This document shows positions 40,664-51,873 of a DNA stretch of 62,650 nt, piece by piece. This DNA is from Longimonas sp. (lineage in GTDB: Bacteria; Bacteroidota; Rhodothermia; Rhodothermales; Salinibacteraceae): assembly GCF_040409695.1 (NCBI RefSeq), contig NZ_JARWGJ010000200.1:1-62650 (forward strand). The letters are read 5' to 3'. Below the pieces are notes generated by a model. It was not told the DNA's origin. It saw nothing but the letters and a program-made list of their open reading frames with translations, and ran no database searches. Both the position numbers and the translations under genes were made by a program. Positions within the stretch are counted from its first letter, which is position 1. Every line of letters begins with the position of its first letter.

Positions 40664-41742
40664 CCGGCCAGGCGTCGGCGCGTACGTCCGAGCTGGGGCG
40701 GCACCTCGTCGGGCGGGGTCAACTCGCCCCGGAGGTTCCGCTGCATGAGCGTACGCACGCGTTCGGGGGGGTGGCCCTGCTCGAAGAGATAGTAGAGCTT
40801 GGCGAGGGCCGCCTCGGTCGTCATGTCGTAGCCGCTCACCACCCCCGCGTTGGCGAGCGCATGTCCGGTAGCGTACAGGCCCAGGTCGGCCGTGCCGTGT
40901 AGCGGCTGCGTAACGTCGACGACCACGACCCCGCGTTCGCTGGCTTCCTGTAGCGCATCCATAAAGGCGGTGTTGGCATGCGGGGCGTTGCCCGAGCCGT
41001 AGCACTCCAGCACAACCCCTTGCACCGGTGGGGCGAGCACGTTAGAGAGGTAGGTGGCCTCCAGCCCCGGAAACACCCGAAAGGCTGCCACGGTGGCGTC
41101 GCCAAGAGCGGTAACGCTGGGCACGCGCCGCTCGGGGGCCGGCTCCGGCACAAGCGTCCAGTCGATCTCCACGTTGATGCCAACGGTGCCTACAGGCGGA
41201 AAGTTGGGCGATGCAAAAGCGGCGAAGGAGTCGGCATTGACTTTGGTAGCTCGCGTGCCACGCAAGAGGCGGTCGTTGAAAAAGACAAAGACACCGCTCA
41301 GCCGCGCGTGGTGCTTGCCCAGAATAAGCAGCGACGTGAGCAGGTTGCTCTGTGCATCGGTACGGGTTTCGGCGAGGGGGATCTGCGATCCGGTGAAGAG
41401 CACCGGCTTGTCGAGCGGGGCCAGCATAAATGAGAGCGCCGCCGCCGAAAACGCCATGGTGTCGGTGCCGTGCACCACCAGAAAACCGTCGTAGTCGGTA
41501 TAGTGGTCACGGATCGTCGTTGCGATCTTGAGCCAGTGCGCGGGCGTCATGTTGGCGCTGTCGAGCAGCGGGTCGAACTCGTAGATATCGTATGCGGGAA
41601 CGTCGTCGCCCTCAAACGCACCTCGCGCCTCGATCTGGGCCTGCAGGTGGCCGCGGCGGGTGTCGTATGCGCCCGATTCGCGCCGGGCCATCCCGATAGT
41701 GCCACCGGTGTGTGCAACGAAGATACGAGGCGATTCAGCCAT
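40654..41742 (-). CDS. ansA: Type I L-asparaginase
   Basis: TGGTIGM, LDSANM, HGTDTMA, TGSQIP, DMTTEAALAKL, NLRGELT. Confidence 0.93.
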   Translation of the reverse strand: MAESPRIFVAHTGGTIGMARRESGAYDTRRGHLQAQIEARGAFEGDDVPAYDIYEFDPLLDSANMTPAHWLKIATTIRDHYTDYDGFLVVHGTDTMAFSAAALSFMLAPLDKPVLFTGSQIPLAETRTDAQSNLLTSLLILGKHHARLSGVFVFFNDRLLRGTRATKVNADSFAAFASPNFPPVGTVGINVEIDWTLVPEPAPERRVPSVTALGDATVAAFRVFPGLEATYLSNVLAPPVQGVVLECYGSGNAPHANTAFMDALQEASERGVVVVDVTQPLHGTADLGLYATGHALANAGVVSGYDMTTEAALAKLYYLFEQGHPPERVRTLMQRNLRGELTPPDEVPPQLGRTRRRLAGYR

Positions 41743-41764
41743 GGTAGAGAAAGCGTATGTACAT

Positions 41765-41795
41765 AAAAATCAGGCAGAGAAGACGCTTCTGCCTG
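41765..41795 (-). terminator. Terminator-like hairpin immediately upstream of ansA
   Basis: Minus strand: caggcaga-N9-tctgcctg followed by attttt. Confidence 0.5.
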
Positions 41796-42119
41796 CGATG
41801 TGCATGCAGCACAGCAATATGCGCAACATAACAGGCGTGCGGGAGAGATGCATTCGAACGCTGCCCCTGAATGTTACCCCTGAATGCTGCCCTGAACGAC
41901 GTCCTCACAGCACGCGGGTGCTTCAGGAAGGACATGCGCAGCGCGTGACGTGAGCCGGCGAGCCGCGACAGGTGTGCGTAGAAGAGCCGGGTGTGCGGGG
42001 CCGCGTAGGGCATGCAGCGATGAGAAACGGCATGCAGCGAGGCGCAGCGTACCGCATCCCCCTGCATGCCGAACAGGTAGGCCCAACAAGTGCTCTGCTC
42101 CAGACGGCTGGTGTGGTAG

Positions 42120-44645
<2,526 letters not shown>

Positions 44646-44863
44646 AGAAGGTTGGCCGATGAACGAGAAAATACACTACACAGCTACGCTACCGCCCCAC
44701 GGGGCATTGCCGCAAAGCCAGTCATGATACCTGAGGGAGGCAGGCGTGTTTGCTGTTGCTATCGAACTGTATCAAACCACAAACACCAGACCATGATAGG
44801 CAGAAGCCTAAATCGCGACAGGCTGACAGACAGATGTGGCCTTTACGTTGCGGTTGGCGAGAG

Positions 44864-46399
44864 TTATTCGGCGATAACAGACGAGATGGCAGTCTTGAGG
44901 TCGCGTGTTGTAAAAGGTTTAGTGACGACATGGTCGACATGCGGCAGGGCGGGCGCTGTGTCGGTGTATCCTGAAAGCAACACAATGGGTATGGTAGGAT
45001 ACGCGTTGTGCACGCGCTCAGCCAGCTCGGCGCCGTTTATTTCGGGCATGCCAAAGTCAGTAAAGATCAGGTCGACCGGAGCCGAGTCGAGATGCTCAAG
45101 TGCGGCGCGGGCCGAATCGGCGGGTGTAATGGTATGCCCCTGATAAGAGAGCAGTTTTTCGATTGTACGCCGAACCATCGGGTCGTCGTCGACAATCAGA
45201 ATCGAGTAGGTCGCCCCTTCGCCTTCCGACCCGGAAGATGCGTTTTCGGAAGAAGCCTCCTCGCGACGGTCTGTGCAAGGGAAGTGCAAGGAAAACGTGC
45301 TGCCTTTTTCGGGGACGCTTTCAACGGCGATTGACCCGTTATGCTCTTGCATGATGCTATAGGTGGCTGACAGCCCCAATCCGGTGCCTTCTTCCCCCTT
45401 CGTCGTAAACAGGGGCTCAAAAATTCGGGCTTGCACTGTTTCATCCATACCCACCCCGGTGTCTGACACGTCGACACCCACGTACCGAGCCTGCTGGCCT
45501 GATCCGGCATCGGGGGTCTTCGTCTGGGCCCTGGCCCTCTCGTTAGGGTGCGAGCACGTGTAACTTCGGATGCGAAGCGTGCCGCCCTGCGGCATCGCGT
45601 GCACGGCATTGAGGATAAGGTTGACGAACACCTCGCGGAGCTCGGAGGCTACGCCTTCGATGGGCGGAGTGTCTTCGTAGTTGCGCTCCACCTGAATCTG
45701 GATGCCCTTACGACGCGGCTCGTTAAGCCAGTACGGCCGTGTTAACATGAGGCAGTCATCAATGAGCGCCTCAATGCTGAGCGTTTCCGTGTGCATCTCC
45801 GTATCGTCACGGATGTAGCGCTGCAGCTTCTGGATGAGTGAGGCCCCGTCTTGCGCCGCGCGATGTACCGTGTCGAGCGACTTGCGTTCTTCTTCTGGGA
45901 GACGGTGCAACACGTTGGCCTCTTGAACAAGCTCAAGATGGCCCATCAGCCCGCTAAGCAGGTTATTGAGGTCGTGAGCCACTCCCATCGTCATGCGCCC
46001 GAGCGTTTCCATGCGATGCCGCTTGGTCTGGGAAGGCACCCAGCTTGACGGCTCGGCAAGCACCTCTCCCGTAACAGTGATCGCGCCGACGTATGCGGTG
46101 CGCGTCTGAGGAGACGATGCGATGCGGACGGGAATCGCGTTGAGAAGAATCGGAAGGGGCTCGTCGCGACCGGGGGTGTGCGCATCCACAAGCAGACCCG
46201 TAACGAGCCCGCCCGATGCGGCTTCCTGAAGCGCGTCGCGGGCCCGGAGCTGGTCCTCCTCGCCAAGTCGCCCCCAGGGCGAGCGCATCGGGCCCATTAC
46301 GTGGCGCCAGGCCTCGTTGCAGTGGGTGATCGTATGATCGGTGCCGGGTTGGTTGCCAGCAGGAAGCGACCAGGTGGCTACCAGCAGTTCTGGGTTCAT
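44864..46399 (-). CDS. Hybrid sensor histidine kinase/response regulator
   Basis: GVAHDLNN, NLILNA, DTGVG, FTTK..GTGLGL; receiver IVDDD..FTD..P..NG..KPF. Confidence 0.92.
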   Translation of the reverse strand: MNPELLVATWSLPAGNQPGTDHTITHCNEAWRHVMGPMRSPWGRLGEEDQLRARDALQEAASGGLVTGLLVDAHTPGRDEPLPILLNAIPVRIASSPQTRTAYVGAITVTGEVLAEPSSWVPSQTKRHRMETLGRMTMGVAHDLNNLLSGLMGHLELVQEANVLHRLPEEERKSLDTVHRAAQDGASLIQKLQRYIRDDTEMHTETLSIEALIDDCLMLTRPYWLNEPRRKGIQIQVERNYEDTPPIEGVASELREVFVNLILNAVHAMPQGGTLRIRSYTCSHPNERARAQTKTPDAGSGQQARYVGVDVSDTGVGMDETVQARIFEPLFTTKGEEGTGLGLSATYSIMQEHNGSIAVESVPEKGSTFSLHFPCTDRREEASSENASSGSEGEGATYSILIVDDDPMVRRTIEKLLSYQGHTITPADSARAALEHLDSAPVDLIFTDFGMPEINGAELAERVHNAYPTIPIVLLSGYTDTAPALPHVDHVVTKPFTTRDLKTAISSVIAE

Positions 46400-46654
46400 G
46401 GCGCAGATGGGGCAAGGGGGAAGGTAGGGCAAAGAAGCATAGGTAACATAACACACCAGACACGAAACGTACAGGCACTTCCTCTACAAAATCCCTCTAC
46501 AGAACCTGACCGCAAACGGTACAGCAGCTACGACCAGGGCGCGGCGCTCCTTTGCAACGCGTTGATACTACGTGCAAATACCTATGTGCAAACACCTGCT
46601 GCTGTGTCAATGCTCATTGTGATAGTTGCTCTGCAATCATCCTCCCACGAATCC

Positions 46655-46698
46655 TGTCATGGTGAGCGAACGGCGAAGCCGCTTTGCTCAAGATGACA
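46655..46698. repeat. Short REP-like palindrome (family 2)
   Basis: tgtcatggtgagcg...gctcaagatgaca. Confidence 0.65.
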
Positions 46699-46799
46699 CT
46701 ATGTAGACGGGGCATACTCTAACCCACACATTGACCGTTGACACTACAGAACAGGTTGTCAGACGTCCGTTTTGGGTAAGCACCGCTCCGTTCATGGAT

Positions 46800-46972
46800 T
46801 GTAATCTTGGGCGGAGCGAAGCAGAGTCTGACACGAGCGCAGCGACTGATGAGCGTAGCGAATAAAGATCTCCCCCAAAGTAGGCAGGATTCTCTGTCCC
46901 GCCGTATCTGCTACAGACCGAGGAGATGGTTCGACTCCCGGCCTCCTCCGTCGGCCTTCGCTTACCATGGCA
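46800..46972. repeat. Long REP/MITE-like element (family 2), inverted relative to 46655-46698
   Basis: Reverse complement begins tgccatggtaagcgaa and ends gctccgcccaagattaca; internal gagcgaagc/gagcgcagc/gagcgtagc units. Confidence 0.65.
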
Positions 46973-47321
46973 AGTGGTTCGTTATTATCATCGTACCGGC
47001 TCTCACTCGCCTTGCACTCCAATATTGACACGTGACCTTACTTAGATGCGTAGCAAAGACGTGTACCACATAGCATTTCCAAGAAACGGAATGGCAGCAC
47101 TCCGATACAACACCACATACCTTGCATGTACGTATGCTCTGCTTCACATAACGCAGGTGGAAGCGCTTTGTACATTTTGGCCTGCGGGCGCTTCGAAGAA
47201 ATGTGCATGACGCGCAGTGTCCGTACCGCAACCTGTACTGCGATGTGTACTGCAAAACGCAAGACAGGACAATACTTTACAGGACTATCTTCATTCTTAC
47301 CGACTGACCCCCTATACGACC

Positions 47322-48731
47322 ATGTGGCACGATAGCGTTCTTGGAACCGTTGGCAATACCCCGTTGGTGCGCATCAACCGGTTGGCAGAGGAAGTGCCCT
47401 GTACCGTACTTGCTAAAGTTGAGTTTTTCAACCCGGGGGGCTCTGTAAAAGATCGCATTGGCATTTCAATGGTTGAAGATGCCGAAGAGAAAGGGCTCAT
47501 CGAACCCGGAGGTACGATCATTGAAGGCACCAGTGGCAACACGGGGGCGGGGCTCGCTATTGCCGCAATTGCGAAAGGGTACCGGTGCATTTTCACAACC
47601 ACCGACAAGCAGAGCCAGGAAAAGGTGGATGTGCTTCGGGCGCTTGGCGCTGAGGTGCTGGTCTGCCCTACGAACGTGGAGCCCGACGATCCACGCTCCT
47701 ACTACTCAACGGCGCGCCGCCTGGCCGAGGAGATCCCGAATTCGATCTACCTGAATCAGTACGACAACGACTCAAACACACAGGCTCATATTGAAACCAC
47801 GGGCCCCGAACTGTGGGAGCAGACAGAAGGGAAGATTACCCACTTCATTGCGGGCGCTGGCACCGGAGGCACCATCTCGGGTACCGGGCGCTACCTGAAA
47901 GAGCAGAATGAAGACGTTACGGTTGTCGGCGTAGACCCATATGGATCAGTCTTCTACAAGTACTTCCACGAGGGCGTTTTTGACCACGACGAGATCTACC
48001 CGTATGTCACAGAAGGAGTTGGGGAAGACATCCTTCCCGAGAATATGGACTTCGATGTGGTGGATGACTTCGTGCGTGTTGACGATAAAACAACGATGCA
48101 GATGACCCGGCGCCTGGCCCGAGAAGAAGGGCTCTTCATCGGGCAGTCCTGTGGCATGGCCATGGCCGGCGCGCTCCAGTGGCTACACGACCACAAAGCT
48201 ACGCTCACCGAGGACGACGTGGTTGTGGTGCTGCTGCCCGACTCCGGTTTCCGCTATCTCTCTAAGACCTATAACGACGAGTGGATGCGAAGCCATGGCT
48301 TCATGGAAAACCGTACCAACGTGACGGTTGAACATGTGCTTAAGCGCCGCCCCGCGTCAGAGGCAGTCATCGCCGCTTCACCCGAGGATACGCTTGGATC
48401 CGTAATCGAGCGGATGACAGAGAAAGGGATTTCGCAGATGCCCGTACTCAACGAGGAAAATGAGGTTGTGGGAAGCATCACCGAGACGCAGATCCTGAAT
48501 GAACTGATTGCCTCACCAGATGCGCGCGACGAAGCCGTAGAAAATGTGATGGGCGATCCCCTTCCGGTCGTGCCCACCTCGCTGCATCTGGAGCATCTTT
48601 CAAGCTATTTGGAGAGCGGGGCCGGAGCGGTTCTTGTCGAAACCAATGCTTCTGATGGAGCCTACTCGGTTATCACGAAAAGTGATCTCATCGGTGCACT
48701 GGCCCACGCCAATGGCAACGGCGCTTCTTGA
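47322..48731 (+). CDS. Cystathionine beta-synthase with C-terminal CBS domains
   Basis: NPGGSVKDR, TSGNTG, GTGGTISG, PDSG.RYLSK; CBS pair. Confidence 0.9.
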   Translation: MWHDSVLGTVGNTPLVRINRLAEEVPCTVLAKVEFFNPGGSVKDRIGISMVEDAEEKGLIEPGGTIIEGTSGNTGAGLAIAAIAKGYRCIFTTTDKQSQEKVDVLRALGAEVLVCPTNVEPDDPRSYYSTARRLAEEIPNSIYLNQYDNDSNTQAHIETTGPELWEQTEGKITHFIAGAGTGGTISGTGRYLKEQNEDVTVVGVDPYGSVFYKYFHEGVFDHDEIYPYVTEGVGEDILPENMDFDVVDDFVRVDDKTTMQMTRRLAREEGLFIGQSCGMAMAGALQWLHDHKATLTEDDVVVVLLPDSGFRYLSKTYNDEWMRSHGFMENRTNVTVEHVLKRRPASEAVIAASPEDTLGSVIERMTEKGISQMPVLNEENEVVGSITETQILNELIASPDARDEAVENVMGDPLPVVPTSLHLEHLSSYLESGAGAVLVETNASDGAYSVITKSDLIGALAHANGNGAS

Positions 48732-48812
48732 TCCCACAAGGTTAACCCTGAAAGGGTTCAAGAAGCCCCAGAAGGCATACTACTCTTTTTTCCATACAGG
48801 CTTTCCGACACT

Positions 48813-49151
48813 ATGGCTACTTTCAACCCAAACGCCGACGGCGACTCCGAGATGAACATTGAACTGACCAAGGAGGAAGCCGAAGGTACCTATGCCAACC
48901 TTGTCATGATCGCGCACTCTCCTGAGGAGTTCATTCTGGACTTCATTCGGGTTGTGCCGGGGGTTAAGAAGGCGCGCGTGAAGAGCCGCATCATTGTAAC
49001 GCCACAGCATGCCAAGCGGCTGTTGGGTGCGCTGAAAGAGAACATTCAGCGCTATGAGGAGGCACACGGTGCGATCGCCGAGCCGAATCAAGATGACGGG
49101 GAAGGAGGCGCACCGCCGATGAACTTCGGTGGGTTCCGTGGCAAGGCATGA
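48813..49151 (+). CDS. DUF3467 protein
   Basis: AEGTYANLVMIAHS..EFILDF..KSRIIVTPQHAKRL. Confidence 0.88.
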   Translation: MATFNPNADGDSEMNIELTKEEAEGTYANLVMIAHSPEEFILDFIRVVPGVKKARVKSRIIVTPQHAKRLLGALKENIQRYEEAHGAIAEPNQDDGEGGAPPMNFGGFRGKA

Positions 49152-49224
49152 GAGGCACAACGCGTTTCTTGCTCCAGACGACGCCCTGTAACCGTTTTTC
49201 AGCTGTCTACAATCGTTTGTAAAT

Positions 49225-49263
49225 GCAAGCGCCCCGTATCCACAGGAGATACGGGGCGCTTGC
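49225..49263. terminator. Hairpin terminator between convergent genes
   Basis: Perfect 16-bp stem gcaagcgccccgtatc/gatacggggcgcttgc. Confidence 0.75.
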
Positions 49264-49310
49264 GTCTATGCGAAGCCCTCTATTCGCATGAGGGGACAGA
49301 TTACTGCAGA

Positions 49311-50396
49311 TTACTTACGTGCTCGGATCAGGAGCAGCAAAGCTACAATGGCGAATAGCAGATGCGGTACCCAAGCAGTGATCCAGGGTTCAACAGTGCC
49401 TGCATACCCGAACGGCTCTGTAAGCTTCTGTGCAGCCAGGTAGAGCAGCGCTACCAGCAGCCCAACCCCAAACCGTACAGCCTGTCCGCCCCGATGCCGA
49501 ACGGCAGCCAGGGGCACCGCGATGAGCACGAGAATGAGATTGGCCATCGGGTAGGCATACTTGTCGTAGTAGGCTACCAGCGGTCTACCAAGCTGTCCGG
49601 CACCGGATCGCTGAAGCGATTCGAGGTAATAGCGCGCCTCGGTAACGGTCATGGCCTCCACATCGCGAGCCGTGCGCGCCAGGTCGCGGGGTAGCACCTG
49701 CAGCGTTGTGTCCATGCGTGAACGATAGGTATGCTGCATGGGGCGATCTGCTGAGAAGGCCCGTTCCTGCACGCCGACCATGCGCCATACGGCAAGCGAG
49801 TCGACCCATTCCATACGATCGGCATCGAACCGCTTCACAAGCTGCTGCTCTTCATTGAACTGCTGCAACGACACGTGATGCCCGCGCTGCTCGTTCGCAT
49901 CGTAGTAGCCCACCGAAACGATGCTCAACGGGTCATTCTGGCGGTGGATCTCGCTCACCTCGATTGTTTGGCGCTGTGGGTGCAGATACTCATTGTCGTA
50001 CTCCACCACGATCTCATTCGCGCGAGGCACGACCCAGCCGTTAAACCCAAACATGAGGATTGTAAGGAAGGTGCCAACCAATACGTAGGGGCGCATCAGC
50101 CGGTACAGTGAAACCCCTGACGTCTGTAGCGCAACGAGCTGTACCTCTTGGGCGAGCCTGCCGGTTACGTAAATGCAAGCCAGGAAGATGGCAAGCGGCG
50201 ACGTAAGCCGTATAATCTCAGGAGTATAGGCGGGGTAGTATACGAGGAACACGTCGCGCATATCAGCGCCCCGGTCGATAAAATCGTCGTTGTACTCAAC
50301 CCAGTGCAAGACGATAAAGAAGACAATGAGTGCAGCTACAAAGAGAACAAATCCCTTCAGCACGCGCGCTACGATATGCCAGTCGAACCGAGTCAC
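49311..50396 (-). CDS. LptF/LptG family LPS export permease
   Basis: Three N-terminal TMs, EVQLVALQTSGVS.YRL, periplasmic beta domain, three C-terminal TMs (AWVPH); GTG start. Confidence 0.88.
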   Translation of the reverse strand: MTRFDWHIVARVLKGFVLFVAALIVFFIVLHWVEYNDDFIDRGADMRDVFLVYYPAYTPEIIRLTSPLAIFLACIYVTGRLAQEVQLVALQTSGVSLYRLMRPYVLVGTFLTILMFGFNGWVVPRANEIVVEYDNEYLHPQRQTIEVSEIHRQNDPLSIVSVGYYDANEQRGHHVSLQQFNEEQQLVKRFDADRMEWVDSLAVWRMVGVQERAFSADRPMQHTYRSRMDTTLQVLPRDLARTARDVEAMTVTEARYYLESLQRSGAGQLGRPLVAYYDKYAYPMANLILVLIAVPLAAVRHRGGQAVRFGVGLLVALLYLAAQKLTEPFGYAGTVEPWITAWVPHLLFAIVALLLLIRARK

Positions 50397-50554
50397 AGTC
50401 TGCACCCATTCAAGATCAGTAAGGCCACTACAGCCAGGTATCCGTGAGCAGATTGCGAAAACTGGACGTACCTGCGCTGTGGCGTTCGCTTCTTTGCAGC
50501 AATTCTGTTTACTTATGAGCTGGACCAACTGTTCACGCAACCGCGCAACCTCCC

Positions 50555-51739
50555 ATGAAAGTCCACGAGTACCAAGCGAAAGAAATTTTAAGCGACCACG
50601 GCGTGTCGATGCAGACCGGCATTGTGGCGGATACCGTCGACGATGCAGTCGCAGCTGCCAAGCAGCTGCAGAGCGACGGGGCGTCTATGTTTGTCGTCAA
50701 GGCCCAGATCCACGCCGGTGGGCGTGGTAAGGGCGGCGGCGTGAAGCTGGCGCGCTCGCTCGATGAGGTCGAAGAACATGCCGAGGCGATCCTGGGCATG
50801 AATCTCGTTACGCACCAGACAGGCCCCGACGGCCAGAAAGTGCGTAAGATCTTGATTGCCGACGCGGTCGACATTGAGCAAGAGTTCTATGTTGGCGTTA
50901 CGCTCGACCGGGCTAAAAGTCAGAACGTCATCATGGTGTCCAGTGAGGGCGGCGTCGAGATTGAGACGGTCGCCGAAGAGACGCCTGAGAAGATCATTAA
51001 AGCATGGATTGATCCGGTTATCGGGCTGCGTCCATTTCAGGCGCGCCGACTCGCGTTTGGGCTTGGGCTTGAAGGCCCCGCGCTCAAGCAGGCAGTGCGC
51101 TTTATCATGGCGCTCTATGAGGCGTTTGAGGCCACCGATAGTACCATTGCCGAGATTAACCCGCTTGTGCTAACCGGGAGCGGAGACATTGCAGCGGTTG
51201 ATGCCAAAATCAACCTCGACGACAATGCGCTCTATCGGCACCCTGACCTGGAAGCGCTGCGCGACATCCACGAAGAAGACCCAACCGAGGTCGAAGCCAG
51301 CGAGCACGGGCTCAGCTACATTAAGCTTGATGGCAACGTAGGGTGCATGGTGAACGGTGCAGGTCTTGCCATGGCAACGATGGACATCATCAAACTGGCC
51401 GGGGGCGAGCCTGCTAACTTCCTCGACGTGGGCGGTACCGCCAATGCCGAGACAGTAGAAGCAGGCTTCCGTATCATCCTGAAAGACCCAAATGTGGAAG
51501 CCATCCTCGTCAACATCTTCGGCGGGATTGTACGCTGCGACCGCGTCGCGAAGGGCGTAATCCAGGCGGCACAGAACATCGACCTGGATGTGCCGCTCAT
51601 CGTGCGTCTGCAGGGCACAAACGCTGAAGAGGGCAAAGCGCTTCTCGATGAAAGCGGTCTGGAGCTGCGTTCAGCGGTGCTGCTGAAAGAGGCGGCCGAC
51701 AAAGTAACGCAAGCGCTCAAAGAGGCAAACGTGGCTTAA
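50555..51739 (+). CDS. sucC: Succinyl-CoA synthetase beta subunit
   Basis: MKVHEYQAK, KAQIHAGGRGKGGGV, NGAGLAMATMD, NIFGGIVRCD. Confidence 0.97.
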   Translation: MKVHEYQAKEILSDHGVSMQTGIVADTVDDAVAAAKQLQSDGASMFVVKAQIHAGGRGKGGGVKLARSLDEVEEHAEAILGMNLVTHQTGPDGQKVRKILIADAVDIEQEFYVGVTLDRAKSQNVIMVSSEGGVEIETVAEETPEKIIKAWIDPVIGLRPFQARRLAFGLGLEGPALKQAVRFIMALYEAFEATDSTIAEINPLVLTGSGDIAAVDAKINLDDNALYRHPDLEALRDIHEEDPTEVEASEHGLSYIKLDGNVGCMVNGAGLAMATMDIIKLAGGEPANFLDVGGTANAETVEAGFRIILKDPNVEAILVNIFGGIVRCDRVAKGVIQAAQNIDLDVPLIVRLQGTNAEEGKALLDESGLELRSAVLLKEAADKVTQALKEANVA

Positions 51740-51788
51740 CGGGTCCCCGAACGGGCTTTCAAGCCGCTTACAGAGCTTGCAACGATAC

Positions 51789-51826
51789 GCGCCTACCTCT
51801 CGCAGAGGGGTAGGCGCTTTTTTGTT
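51789..51826 (+). terminator. Intrinsic terminator after sucC
   Basis: gcgcctacctct-cgc-agaggggtaggcgc followed by tttttt. Confidence 0.8.
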
Positions 51827-51873
51827 GGGCGTTTGCTCAGGTACATCCGGAGACAAGACCGGGGATACAGGAT

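Noticed and set aside
46846-46866. CTGATGAG hammerhead-like core
   Set aside because: Followed by GCGAAT rather than CGAAA, and no convincing stems I/III; better explained as a gagcgNagc repeat unit.
46920-46950. GGTTCGACTCC resembling a tRNA/tRNA-Sec/tmRNA T-loop
   Set aside because: No acceptor stem, D arm or anticodon arm can be built; the motif lies inside a REP-like element.
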